Source: Gemmatimonadota bacterium (lineage in GTDB: Bacteria > Gemmatimonadota > Gemmatimonadetes > Gemmatimonadales > GWC2-71-9). From it: 15,062 bases of DNA. The stretch spans positions 1 through 15,062 of the forward strand of contig JBDHDE010000062.1 in NCBI GenBank assembly GCA_039591655.1, in the 5' to 3' direction. Position 1 is the stretch's first letter; each line of letters opens with the position of its first letter. The notes under the pieces are model-generated. The model was not told the origin of the DNA. It made no database searches and worked only from the letters and a program-made list of their open reading frames with translations. Shown piece by piece: positions 7,801-15,062 of this stretch. A program made the translations under genes and the position numbers.

Positions 7801-9927
7801 ATCCGCCCCGCATACCGCGCCACCCTGCTGCTCGTCGTGCTCGCCGGCGTCCCCACGGCGCTTCGGGGGCAGAACGATGAGGAGCGCCGCCTGGTGGTGC
7901 GGGAGCTGTCGTTCGAGGGGAACGCGACCATCGACGATCACACGCTGCGGCGCTCCATCGCCACCACGCATTCGTCGTGGTTCGCGCGCTCGCCGGCGGT
8001 GCGCTGGATCGGCTTCGGGGCCAAGAGCTACCTGGACGAGACCGAGCTGCGCCGGGACGTGCTCCGCGTCGAGGCCCTGTACCGCCTGAGCGGGTTCGTG
8101 GACGCGGCAGTGGATACCCTCGTCCGGCGCACCGAGACCGACGCGTACGTCACGTTCCTCGTCGACGAGGGCGAGCCGGTGCGTGTGACGACGCTCAGAG
8201 TGTCGGGGGTCGAGGATCTGGTGTCGGTGGAGGAGCTGTACCGCGCGATCCCCCTGCGCGTCGGGGAGCCGTTCAACCGGCTGCTGTTCCGGGCGTCGGT
8301 GGACACGATCCGGACGCGGCTGGCGGAGCGCGGCCATCCGTATGCGGAGGTGTACCGCAACTTCGATCTGCGGGAGGTGGCCCGCACCGCCCAGATCGAG
8401 TTCGCGGTGGATCCCGGGCCGCGGGTCACGGTGGACACCGTGCTGGTCATGGGTACGGATCTCATCGACGACAAGGTGGTGCGGAACACCCTGTGGCTCC
8501 AACCGGGCCGCACCTATAACTGGCGTCACCAGTACCACAGCCAGCTCGACCTCTATCGGACGGGGATGTTCAACTACGTGAACGTGGGTATCGTGGACAC
8601 CCTGCCGGACGGCCCCGACGATTCGCTGGTGACGATCCGCGCGCAGGTGTCCGAGGGCCCTCTGCGCCGCTTCCGCTTCGGGGCGGGCTATGGGACCGTG
8701 GACTGCTTCCGGGGACACACTGCCTGGACCGCCTTCAACTTCACCGGGGGCGGGCGGCGGCTGGACCTATTCGCAGGGTTCTCCAAGATCGGGGCGGGGG
8801 AGCCCCTCAACTTCGAGCAATCGGTCTGTCCGGCCCTGAGAGACGAGGAGCAGGAGCGGCTCAAGCTCAACTACAACCTGACCGCCGGGATCACACAACC
8901 GTTCGTGTTTCACCGCCGCGCCAGCGCCACCCTGGCCCTCTTCGCCGAGCGGCACAGCGAGCTTCAGGCCTTCGTACGTGAGGCCGTCGGGGGGGAGCTC
9001 TCCTGGTCGTACCGCATTGCCTGGCGGACGCCCATCACTCTGTCCTACAGCCTCGCGTATGGGAGCACCAAGGCCGACCCCGTCACGTTCTGTGTGTTCC
9101 TCAACGTGTGCCGGGTGGAGGACACCAGGATATTCACCGAGCCGGCGTTCCGGGCGGCGGTCACGGTTGCCTTCGTGAAGGAGCGCCGCGAGCCCGTCAT
9201 CGATCCGGTGAGGGGCTCGCGGTTCACGGCCGAATTGCGGTTCTCCGGCCCCCTCGTGGGCTCGGACAGCCTGACGCAGTTTCTGAAGGGCACCGTGGAG
9301 TACGCGTCACACCACCGGGTGGGGCGGCGCAGCGTGGTGGGCTGGCGCGTCAAGGTCGGCGCCATCGTGGCACCCGAGAGGGGCTTCGAGGGGCAGGACC
9401 TCCGCTTCGTTCCGGTGGACGAGCGGTTCTACGCCGGCGGTCCCAATACAGTGAGGGGCTTCCCCTTCAACGAGCTGGGACCGATCGTGCGGGTGATCGA
9501 AGCAGGGGAACGGGACTCGATTCCCGTGGGGGACACCCTAGTGGTCGGCAACACGCGCACCTCCGCCGTCGGCGGCAACGACATATTCCTGGCCAATGTG
9601 GAGTGGCGCTACTCACTCTCCCGCACGGTGACCGCCGCGGTGTTCGTCGACGCCGGGCAGGTGATCGAGCGCGAGACCAAGTTCTTCGCCCTCAGCAGGC
9701 TGCGGATCACGCCCGGCGTGGGTGTGCGCATCGCGTCGCCCCTGGGACCGATACGGTTCGACGTGGGTTTCAACCCGTATCCCGTGGAGGACGCCCCAAC
9801 CTATGTGCAAGTAGGGGATGCGCTGATCTTGTGGCAGGACTTGTTCCCCGACGTTGACCCGCCCAAGCCGGAGCGCGACTTCCTGGACCGTTTCCGCATC
9901 AACTTCTCCATCGGGCAGGCCTTCTGA
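7801..9927 (+). CDS. tamA: Omp85-family outer membrane protein, TamA-like (3 POTRA domains plus beta-barrel); start codon uncertain (frame open from 7672)
   Basis: Signal-peptide-like segment IRPAYRATLLLVVLAGVPTALRG|Q, then three POTRA-like starts (VVRELSFEGN, VRVTTLRVSG, VTVDTVLVMG). Barrel motifs include ERFYAGGPNTVRGF, SPLGPIRFDVG and C-terminal FRINFSIGQAF. It lies directly upstream of a TamB-like gene. The 7801 start is approximate. Confidence 0.88.
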   Translation: MRPAYRATLLLVVLAGVPTALRGQNDEERRLVVRELSFEGNATIDDHTLRRSIATTHSSWFARSPAVRWIGFGAKSYLDETELRRDVLRVEALYRLSGFVDAAVDTLVRRTETDAYVTFLVDEGEPVRVTTLRVSGVEDLVSVEELYRAIPLRVGEPFNRLLFRASVDTIRTRLAERGHPYAEVYRNFDLREVARTAQIEFAVDPGPRVTVDTVLVMGTDLIDDKVVRNTLWLQPGRTYNWRHQYHSQLDLYRTGMFNYVNVGIVDTLPDGPDDSLVTIRAQVSEGPLRRFRFGAGYGTVDCFRGHTAWTAFNFTGGGRRLDLFAGFSKIGAGEPLNFEQSVCPALRDEEQERLKLNYNLTAGITQPFVFHRRASATLALFAERHSELQAFVREAVGGELSWSYRIAWRTPITLSYSLAYGSTKADPVTFCVFLNVCRVEDTRIFTEPAFRAAVTVAFVKERREPVIDPVRGSRFTAELRFSGPLVGSDSLTQFLKGTVEYASHHRVGRRSVVGWRVKVGAIVAPERGFEGQDLRFVPVDERFYAGGPNTVRGFPFNELGPIVRVIEAGERDSIPVGDTLVVGNTRTSAVGGNDIFLANVEWRYSLSRTVTAAVFVDAGQVIERETKFFALSRLRITPGVGVRIASPLGPIRFDVGFNPYPVEDAPTYVQVGDALILWQDLFPDVDPPKPERDFLDRFRINFSIGQAF

Positions 9928-12900
9928 TGCGCCGCGCCTATCTCGCCTGGCTGGCCGTGGGAGCATGCTGGCTCGGCGGCTCCGTGCTGGGCCTCGGTGC
10001 AGCCGCCTTCCGAACCGATGCGGGTCGCCGCCTCGTGGTGGTCTTCGCCGAGCGGATGGCCAACGAGAATCTCCGGGCCACCCTCACGCTCGGGAGTGTG
10101 GGCGGCTCGTTCTTCCGCGGGCTCGAAGTCCAGGATGTCACGCTGGTGGGCGAGGACGGCGTGCTGCTGGCGACCGTCGATCGCATCGGGCTGCGCTATC
10201 GCCTGAGCGACCTCCTGAGTGGCCGCATCGTGCTGGGACAGCTCACGCTCACCCGCCCGCGGGTGAACCTGGTGCAGTGGAGCGACGGGGAGCAGCTGAA
10301 CGCCGATGTGGTGCTCTCCGGCAGCGGGGAGGGAGGCGACGGCGGTCCGGGTCCGCTGATCGCGTTCAACGACGTTGTCGTCGTGGACGGCGGGGTGGTG
10401 ATCCGCACGCCGGAGAGACGGAGCAACAGATCGGTGGTGGAGGGCCAGGAGGGGCCCCGGGGCTACCTGCGGGTGCGGCGCATCGAGGGGATCAATGGGA
10501 TGTTCTCCTACGTGCGGATGTCGTCACCGCTGCCGGGGGACCACCCCGTCCTGCTCGACGTGGAGCGCCTCCGGGCTGAGGCCTCCGACCCGCGGCTCTC
10601 GGTGGCGAGCATGCGGGGACGCGTCGAGGTGTGGGGTGACTCCCTCGCCATGGACCTGGCGCGGGCGCGGCTGCCGGAGACCGAGGGGAGCGTGGAGGGG
10701 ATGCTGCGCTGGTCCACGGGGCCCCTGCTACCGGACCTTCGGATCCGGACCGACCGGGGTCGCACCGACGACGTGCGGGGCCTCGTGCGGGATCTCGCCC
10801 CGGGGCTAGCCGGAAGTGGCCGCTTCGCAGTGCGGGCGCTGAACAGGGAAGTGATGGAGGTGGAGGGGGAGCGGTTGGACGTCCGCGGCGTGGGGGGCGG
10901 CGGTCGGGCGCGCGGGCGATTGGGCGTGGTGCTCGGGCCGGGCGACGAGTGGGCCCTGGTGGGCACCGACCTGCGGCTCGACGACTTCGACGTGCGGTAC
11001 ACCCGCATGATCTTCGATACCCTGCCGGTGCTGGGGAGAATGACGGGCAGGGTGGTGTTGAACGGCTCGCGGGAAGACCTGTTCCTCACCGTGGATGGCG
11101 TGTTCCGCGATTCCCTAGTCGAGGGTTGGCCCGAGTCGAGGTTCCGCGGTGAGGGCGGGGTGGCCATCGGGGTCCCCGGTGACTTCGTGTTCCGCGAGTT
11201 CGAGGTCGAGGATGCCGACCTCGACCTGGCATCGGTGCGGCGCCTCATCCCGCAGATCGAGCTCCTGGGCAGGCTGCGCGGCAGCGGAACACTCAACGGT
11301 GCGTGGCTCAACCCCACGTACCAGGGTCGGCTGCGGTACGCGGACGCGCCGCTCCCCGAGACGGTGGTCCGGGGGATCGTGGAGCTGGATGCCCGGTTCG
11401 ACACCCTGGGGGTGTGGGGCGACGTGGACGTCGACTCGCTCAACCTCGAGAGCTTCCGCTCCACCTATCCGGAGTTTGACGTGATCGGCGCCTTTGCCGG
11501 TCGCGTGACGCTCTCGGGCTGGCTGGACTCCCTCACGGTGGATGCCGACCTGACGGGGCCGGCGGGCATACTGCGGGGGACGGCCGATCTCCACCTCCTC
11601 ACAGACGACCGTTCGCTCCGCCTGTTGGATGCGGCGTTCGAGGACGTAGACGTGCACCTCCTGCAACCGGCCCTCCCGACGACTCTTCTCACGGGCGTGC
11701 TGGAGAGCAACGGAGGCGGAGATCCCGGGTCCGGCACCTCCAGAGGTGCGCGACTCATCCTGGCCCCCTCCGTGGTGCAGGGTACCCTGCTCGACAGCGC
11801 CCGGGCCGTGATCGCCCTGTCCCGAGACCTGCTGCGGATCGACACCCTGGAGGTGTGGGCACGTGGAATCGAGATCGGCGCCGAGGGATCGTTCGGACTC
11901 GAGAGCCCCAGGCGCGGCGTGCTCGTCTTCGCGGGCCGCAGCGATTCCATCGGCGTCATCGAGCCCACCCTGGAGTCGGTGTTCGGCCCGCTGGAGGTGG
12001 GCGCGCCCCCGCCGAGGGGACGCATCGACATCGCAGGCCGCATCGACGGATCGTTCGAGGGATACCAGGTGACGGCGCGGCTCAGCGCGACGACGCTGAG
12101 GCGCGGCGACATGTACGCCGGCAACGCGCGAGGCACGGTGTCATTCGGGTCCGTAGAGCGCACGCTGGCGCTGGAGGCGGAGGCCGACTCGCTGGAGGCG
12201 GCCGGGTTCGGATTCAAGGACGTCCAGGTGCAGGTCGAGGGACGTGCCGATTCTCTATCGTGGTTCACCCGCGGCGTGTTCGGGCTGTACGATGCCGGCA
12301 GCTGGCTCGGGGGCGGCCGCCTGGTCTCCGACTCGGCGCGCTACGAGGTATCCGTCGACTCCCTCGGCATTCTCTTGGCGACGGGCCCCTGGTTCGTGGA
12401 CACCGCCGCCGTCGTGGCCGTGGACGACAGCGGTATCGGCCTCTCCCGCGTGGCCTTCGATCACGCGAGGGATGCCGGCTACGTCGCGGTGAACGGGCGG
12501 CTCGCGTTCGCGGGACCCGGTGAGCTCACGGGAGCCCTCGATGCACTCCCGGTGAGCGACGTCTGGCTGCTGCTCCAGCGGAACCACGAGATCGTGGGCG
12601 GCGAGCTGAGCGGGACGTTCCGCCTCGCCGGAACGGGACGTGCTCCCATCTTCCGGCTGGACGGCAATCTGGCCGACGGCAGGTTCGGCGATTTCCATCC
12701 GCCGTACACGCGTATCGTGGCGGAGTACCGGGACGAGCGCCTCACCGGCGATCTCCAGCTGGTGCGGCGGGGGGAGAGGATGCTCGACATCGAGGTGGAG
12801 CTGCCCGTCAACCTCGCAATCGCCGACGTCGCCGAGCGGCGACTGCCGGGAGAGGTGCGGGTGCGCGCCGTGGCCGAGGAGGTGGACCTGGCGTCGTTTG

Positions 12901-14288
12901 AGGGCACGATACCCGCGGCCCGGGAACTGGGCGGCGTGCTCCACGCAGACTTCGGGATCACCGGCACCTGGGAGGATCCCGAGCTCACGGGTCGCGTGAC
13001 CGTGCGGGACGGCACCGCCAATTTCCCGGCCCTCGGCGTGCGCCACGAAGCGCTGAAGGGCACGCTGGATCTCAGGGGAGACACGATCCACGCGGAGCAG
13101 GTCGCCCTCAGGAGCGGCGACGGTGTGGCGCGGATCGAGGGCTTCGTGCGGCTGGAGGAGCTCACCCGGCCGATCCTGGACCTGCGGATTCGGACGGAGA
13201 CGTTCGAGGCGATCCAGGTGCATGACTTCCTCGAGCTCACCACCACGGCCGACGTGGCCCTCCGGGGTCCGTTCTTCGGTGCCACGCTCACCGGACGGAG
13301 CCAGGCCACCCGAGGCGTGCTCTACTTCGCCGACCTGGTGCGCAAGGACATCGTGAACCTCGAGGACTCCCTGTTCGCGCAGTTCATCGACACCACGCTG
13401 GTCCGACGCCAGGGATTGGGCAGGGCGTTCGAGAATCGGTTCCTGGACAGCCTGCTGATTGACAGCGTTCGGGTCGAGATGGGGACCGACGTGTGGCTGC
13501 GCTCCACAGAGGCCGACGTTCAGCTCGAGGGGGCCGTGTACATGAGCCATGCCCGCGGCCGGTACCGGTTCGACGGTACGCTCGAGGCGCCGCGCGGGCG
13601 CTACCGTCTCCAGCTGGGGATCGGGGAGCTCGGGGCCATCCGGGAGTTTCAGGTGACCCGGGGCCAGGTGCGCTACCTGGGGACCGAGGACCTCGATGCG
13701 GACCTGGACATCGACGCGGAGCACAAGGTAGATGCGGTGCGGGGTGAGGACGTGACGGTGTTCGTGAACATCGGCGGCACGGTGTACGAGCCCCGCATCA
13801 CCTTCACGAGCAGCGCGGGATCCGCCCTGTCGGAGACGGAGATCATCTCCTACCTCCTTGTGGGTGCACCCAGCGTGCAGGCGGGGACCGGCGCGCAGGG
13901 CTTCGAGTCCTGGCTCCTGTGGCAGCAGGCCTTCGGCGTGCTCTCGAGCCAGCTCGAGTACGCGCTGGTCTCCGACGTCGGCGTCCCGTTGGACTACTTC
14001 CAGATCCGGCCCGAGACCGGACTCTCCGGCGGCCTCGCGGGAGCGGAGGTCGCCCTGGGCAAGCGCTTCCAGATCTTCGGCACGACTGCGTTCCTCAAGG
14101 CGAGCCCGCGGTTCTGCCAGGCCCGGGAGACGGCCATCGACATCGGCGCCAGCCTGGAGTTCCGCCTGACCCGGCGGTGGCTGATCTCGGCGAGCCGGAC
14201 GCCGCTCACGCGCTGCGAGACATTGGCGGCGCCGCTGGCAACGCGGTATCAATTCGGTCTGGACGTGTTCTGGGAGAGTAAGTACTAG
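9927..14288 (+). CDS. tamB: Translocation and assembly module TamB (AsmA-like, C-terminal DUF490)
   Basis: 1453 aa with an N-terminal membrane anchor followed by RTDAGRR, a long Gly/beta-strand-rich body, and a DUF490-like C-terminus (GTWEDPELTG, GQVRYLG..DADLDIDA, IGGTVYEPRITFTS..LSETEIISYLLVG) ending in amphipathic strands. TGATG overlap with tamA. Confidence 0.88.
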   Translation: MRRAYLAWLAVGACWLGGSVLGLGAAAFRTDAGRRLVVVFAERMANENLRATLTLGSVGGSFFRGLEVQDVTLVGEDGVLLATVDRIGLRYRLSDLLSGRIVLGQLTLTRPRVNLVQWSDGEQLNADVVLSGSGEGGDGGPGPLIAFNDVVVVDGGVVIRTPERRSNRSVVEGQEGPRGYLRVRRIEGINGMFSYVRMSSPLPGDHPVLLDVERLRAEASDPRLSVASMRGRVEVWGDSLAMDLARARLPETEGSVEGMLRWSTGPLLPDLRIRTDRGRTDDVRGLVRDLAPGLAGSGRFAVRALNREVMEVEGERLDVRGVGGGGRARGRLGVVLGPGDEWALVGTDLRLDDFDVRYTRMIFDTLPVLGRMTGRVVLNGSREDLFLTVDGVFRDSLVEGWPESRFRGEGGVAIGVPGDFVFREFEVEDADLDLASVRRLIPQIELLGRLRGSGTLNGAWLNPTYQGRLRYADAPLPETVVRGIVELDARFDTLGVWGDVDVDSLNLESFRSTYPEFDVIGAFAGRVTLSGWLDSLTVDADLTGPAGILRGTADLHLLTDDRSLRLLDAAFEDVDVHLLQPALPTTLLTGVLESNGGGDPGSGTSRGARLILAPSVVQGTLLDSARAVIALSRDLLRIDTLEVWARGIEIGAEGSFGLESPRRGVLVFAGRSDSIGVIEPTLESVFGPLEVGAPPPRGRIDIAGRIDGSFEGYQVTARLSATTLRRGDMYAGNARGTVSFGSVERTLALEAEADSLEAAGFGFKDVQVQVEGRADSLSWFTRGVFGLYDAGSWLGGGRLVSDSARYEVSVDSLGILLATGPWFVDTAAVVAVDDSGIGLSRVAFDHARDAGYVAVNGRLAFAGPGELTGALDALPVSDVWLLLQRNHEIVGGELSGTFRLAGTGRAPIFRLDGNLADGRFGDFHPPYTRIVAEYRDERLTGDLQLVRRGERMLDIEVELPVNLAIADVAERRLPGEVRVRAVAEEVDLASFEGTIPAARELGGVLHADFGITGTWEDPELTGRVTVRDGTANFPALGVRHEALKGTLDLRGDTIHAEQVALRSGDGVARIEGFVRLEELTRPILDLRIRTETFEAIQVHDFLELTTTADVALRGPFFGATLTGRSQATRGVLYFADLVRKDIVNLEDSLFAQFIDTTLVRRQGLGRAFENRFLDSLLIDSVRVEMGTDVWLRSTEADVQLEGAVYMSHARGRYRFDGTLEAPRGRYRLQLGIGELGAIREFQVTRGQVRYLGTEDLDADLDIDAEHKVDAVRGEDVTVFVNIGGTVYEPRITFTSSAGSALSETEIISYLLVGAPSVQAGTGAQGFESWLLWQQAFGVLSSQLEYALVSDVGVPLDYFQIRPETGLSGGLAGAEVALGKRFQIFGTTAFLKASPRFCQARETAIDIGASLEFRLTRRWLISASRTPLTRCETLAAPLATRYQFGLDVFWESKY

Positions 14289-15061
14289 TGTCCCGCGCCC
14301 TGCTGATCTTCAATCCCGTCGCCGCCCGGACCGACACGCGGGCCGTGAGCTCCGTGATCCGCGTGTTCACGAAGGAGGGCTGGGCGCTGGATGTGCCGGG
14401 GCACGCCGAGGATCTGGCGCGCCAGGGCGTCGACGACGCCGTCGATCTGATCGCGGTGTACGGCGGTGACGGAACCACGATGCAGGCGATCAAGGGCATG
14501 GTCGGGTCCGAGGTGCCGGTGGGGCTGATCCCCGGAGGCACGGGCAACCTCCTGGCCGGCAACCTCAAGCTGCCACGGAATCCCAGGAGGGCGGCCAAGG
14601 TGGCGATGCGGGGCACGCCACGGCGCATCGACCTGGGACGCATGGACTGCCGCGAGGGCGAGACCTACTTCGCGGTGGCCGCGGGCACCGGGGTGGACGC
14701 CGAGCTCATGGCGGTGACGACCCTTGCCGCGAAGCGCCGCTGGGGCATGGGGGCTTACGTGGCCCGGGCCTGGGACCTGCTGGTGAAGCGCTTGAAGGTG
14801 GTGCGCCACGGCATCACGGTGGACGGCGAGCGGTTCGAGGCCGATGCCGCCACCGTGCTGGTGGCCAACTGCGGCATGATCATCCCCCCGCTCCTGCGGC
14901 TCAAGCAGGACATCGCGTTCGACGACGGCCTGTTCGACATCGTGGTGATGAATGCCAAGAACATGGCCCAAGGAGTGGATGTGATGCTGCGGATCATCAC
15001 GGGGCTGGGGCACGGGGGCGAGCGGGTGCTGTTCCTGCGCGGCCAGCGGGTGACCATCGAG
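14288..15061 (+). CDS. Diacylglycerol kinase family lipid kinase (DagK/YegS/BmrU-like); 3' end runs off the window
   Basis: Manually translated from GTG 14288 (TAGTG overlap with the tamB stop): MSRALLIFNPVAART..IAVYGGDGT..GLIPGGTGNLLA..IDLG..FAVAAGTGVDA..KRRWGMGAY..LVANCG..DDGLFDIVV. Open to the window edge. Confidence 0.92.
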   Translation, partial: MSRALLIFNPVAARTDTRAVSSVIRVFTKEGWALDVPGHAEDLARQGVDDAVDLIAVYGGDGTTMQAIKGMVGSEVPVGLIPGGTGNLLAGNLKLPRNPRRAAKVAMRGTPRRIDLGRMDCREGETYFAVAAGTGVDAELMAVTTLAAKRRWGMGAYVARAWDLLVKRLKVVRHGITVDGERFEADAATVLVANCGMIIPPLLRLKQDIAFDDGLFDIVVMNAKNMAQGVDVMLRIITGLGHGGERVLFLRGQRVTIE

Positions 15062-15062
15062 A

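Noticed and set aside
7801..9927. Calling the Omp85 gene bamA
   Set aside because: It has only about 3 POTRA domains and is coupled to tamB, with no skp/lpxD/rseP context, so TamA-like is the better call.
9927..9970. Lipobox-like VGAC at TamB Cys14
   Set aside because: The h-region before the Cys is short and hydrophobic residues continue after it, which fits the usual uncleaved TamB inner-membrane anchor better.
12255..14252. 665-aa minus-strand ORF, and other long antisense or alternate-frame ORFs (986-1885, 4699-5511, 5100-6209, 6370-7653, 7780-8718, 14285-15013)
   Set aside because: These are shadow ORFs of well-supported genes in high-GC DNA. They are Arg/Pro/Gly-rich or mirror-codon sequences with no family motifs.

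Overview
This is a high-GC bacterial window of densely packed core envelope and metabolic genes. It is probably from Gemmatimonadota, inferred from the kinase N-terminus and general sequence style, not from a database search. Left to right: a Hanks-type Ser/Thr kinase with a TM helix and TolB/PD40-like propeller (minus, runs off the left edge, absent from the ORF track); a PduO-type cobalamin adenosyltransferase (minus); a full-length prokaryotic SLC12/cation-chloride cotransporter homolog (minus); a divergent FprA/adrenodoxin-reductase-type ferredoxin-NADP+ reductase (plus); a convergent DacB/PBP4 peptidase (minus); and a divergent, translationally coupled tamA-tamB-lipid kinase (DagK/YegS family) operon (plus, last gene runs off the right edge and is absent from the ORF track). 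I found no mobile elements, CRISPR arrays or RNA genes, and no clearly new system can be proven from sequence alone. The best leads are the TAM plus lipid kinase coupling, the NKCC-like bacterial cotransporter, the compact palindrome-rich dacB/tamA divergent promoter where tamA lacks a credible canonical start codon, an apparent in-frame motif deletion in the lipid kinase, and near-leaderless TANNNT-N9-start promoters.
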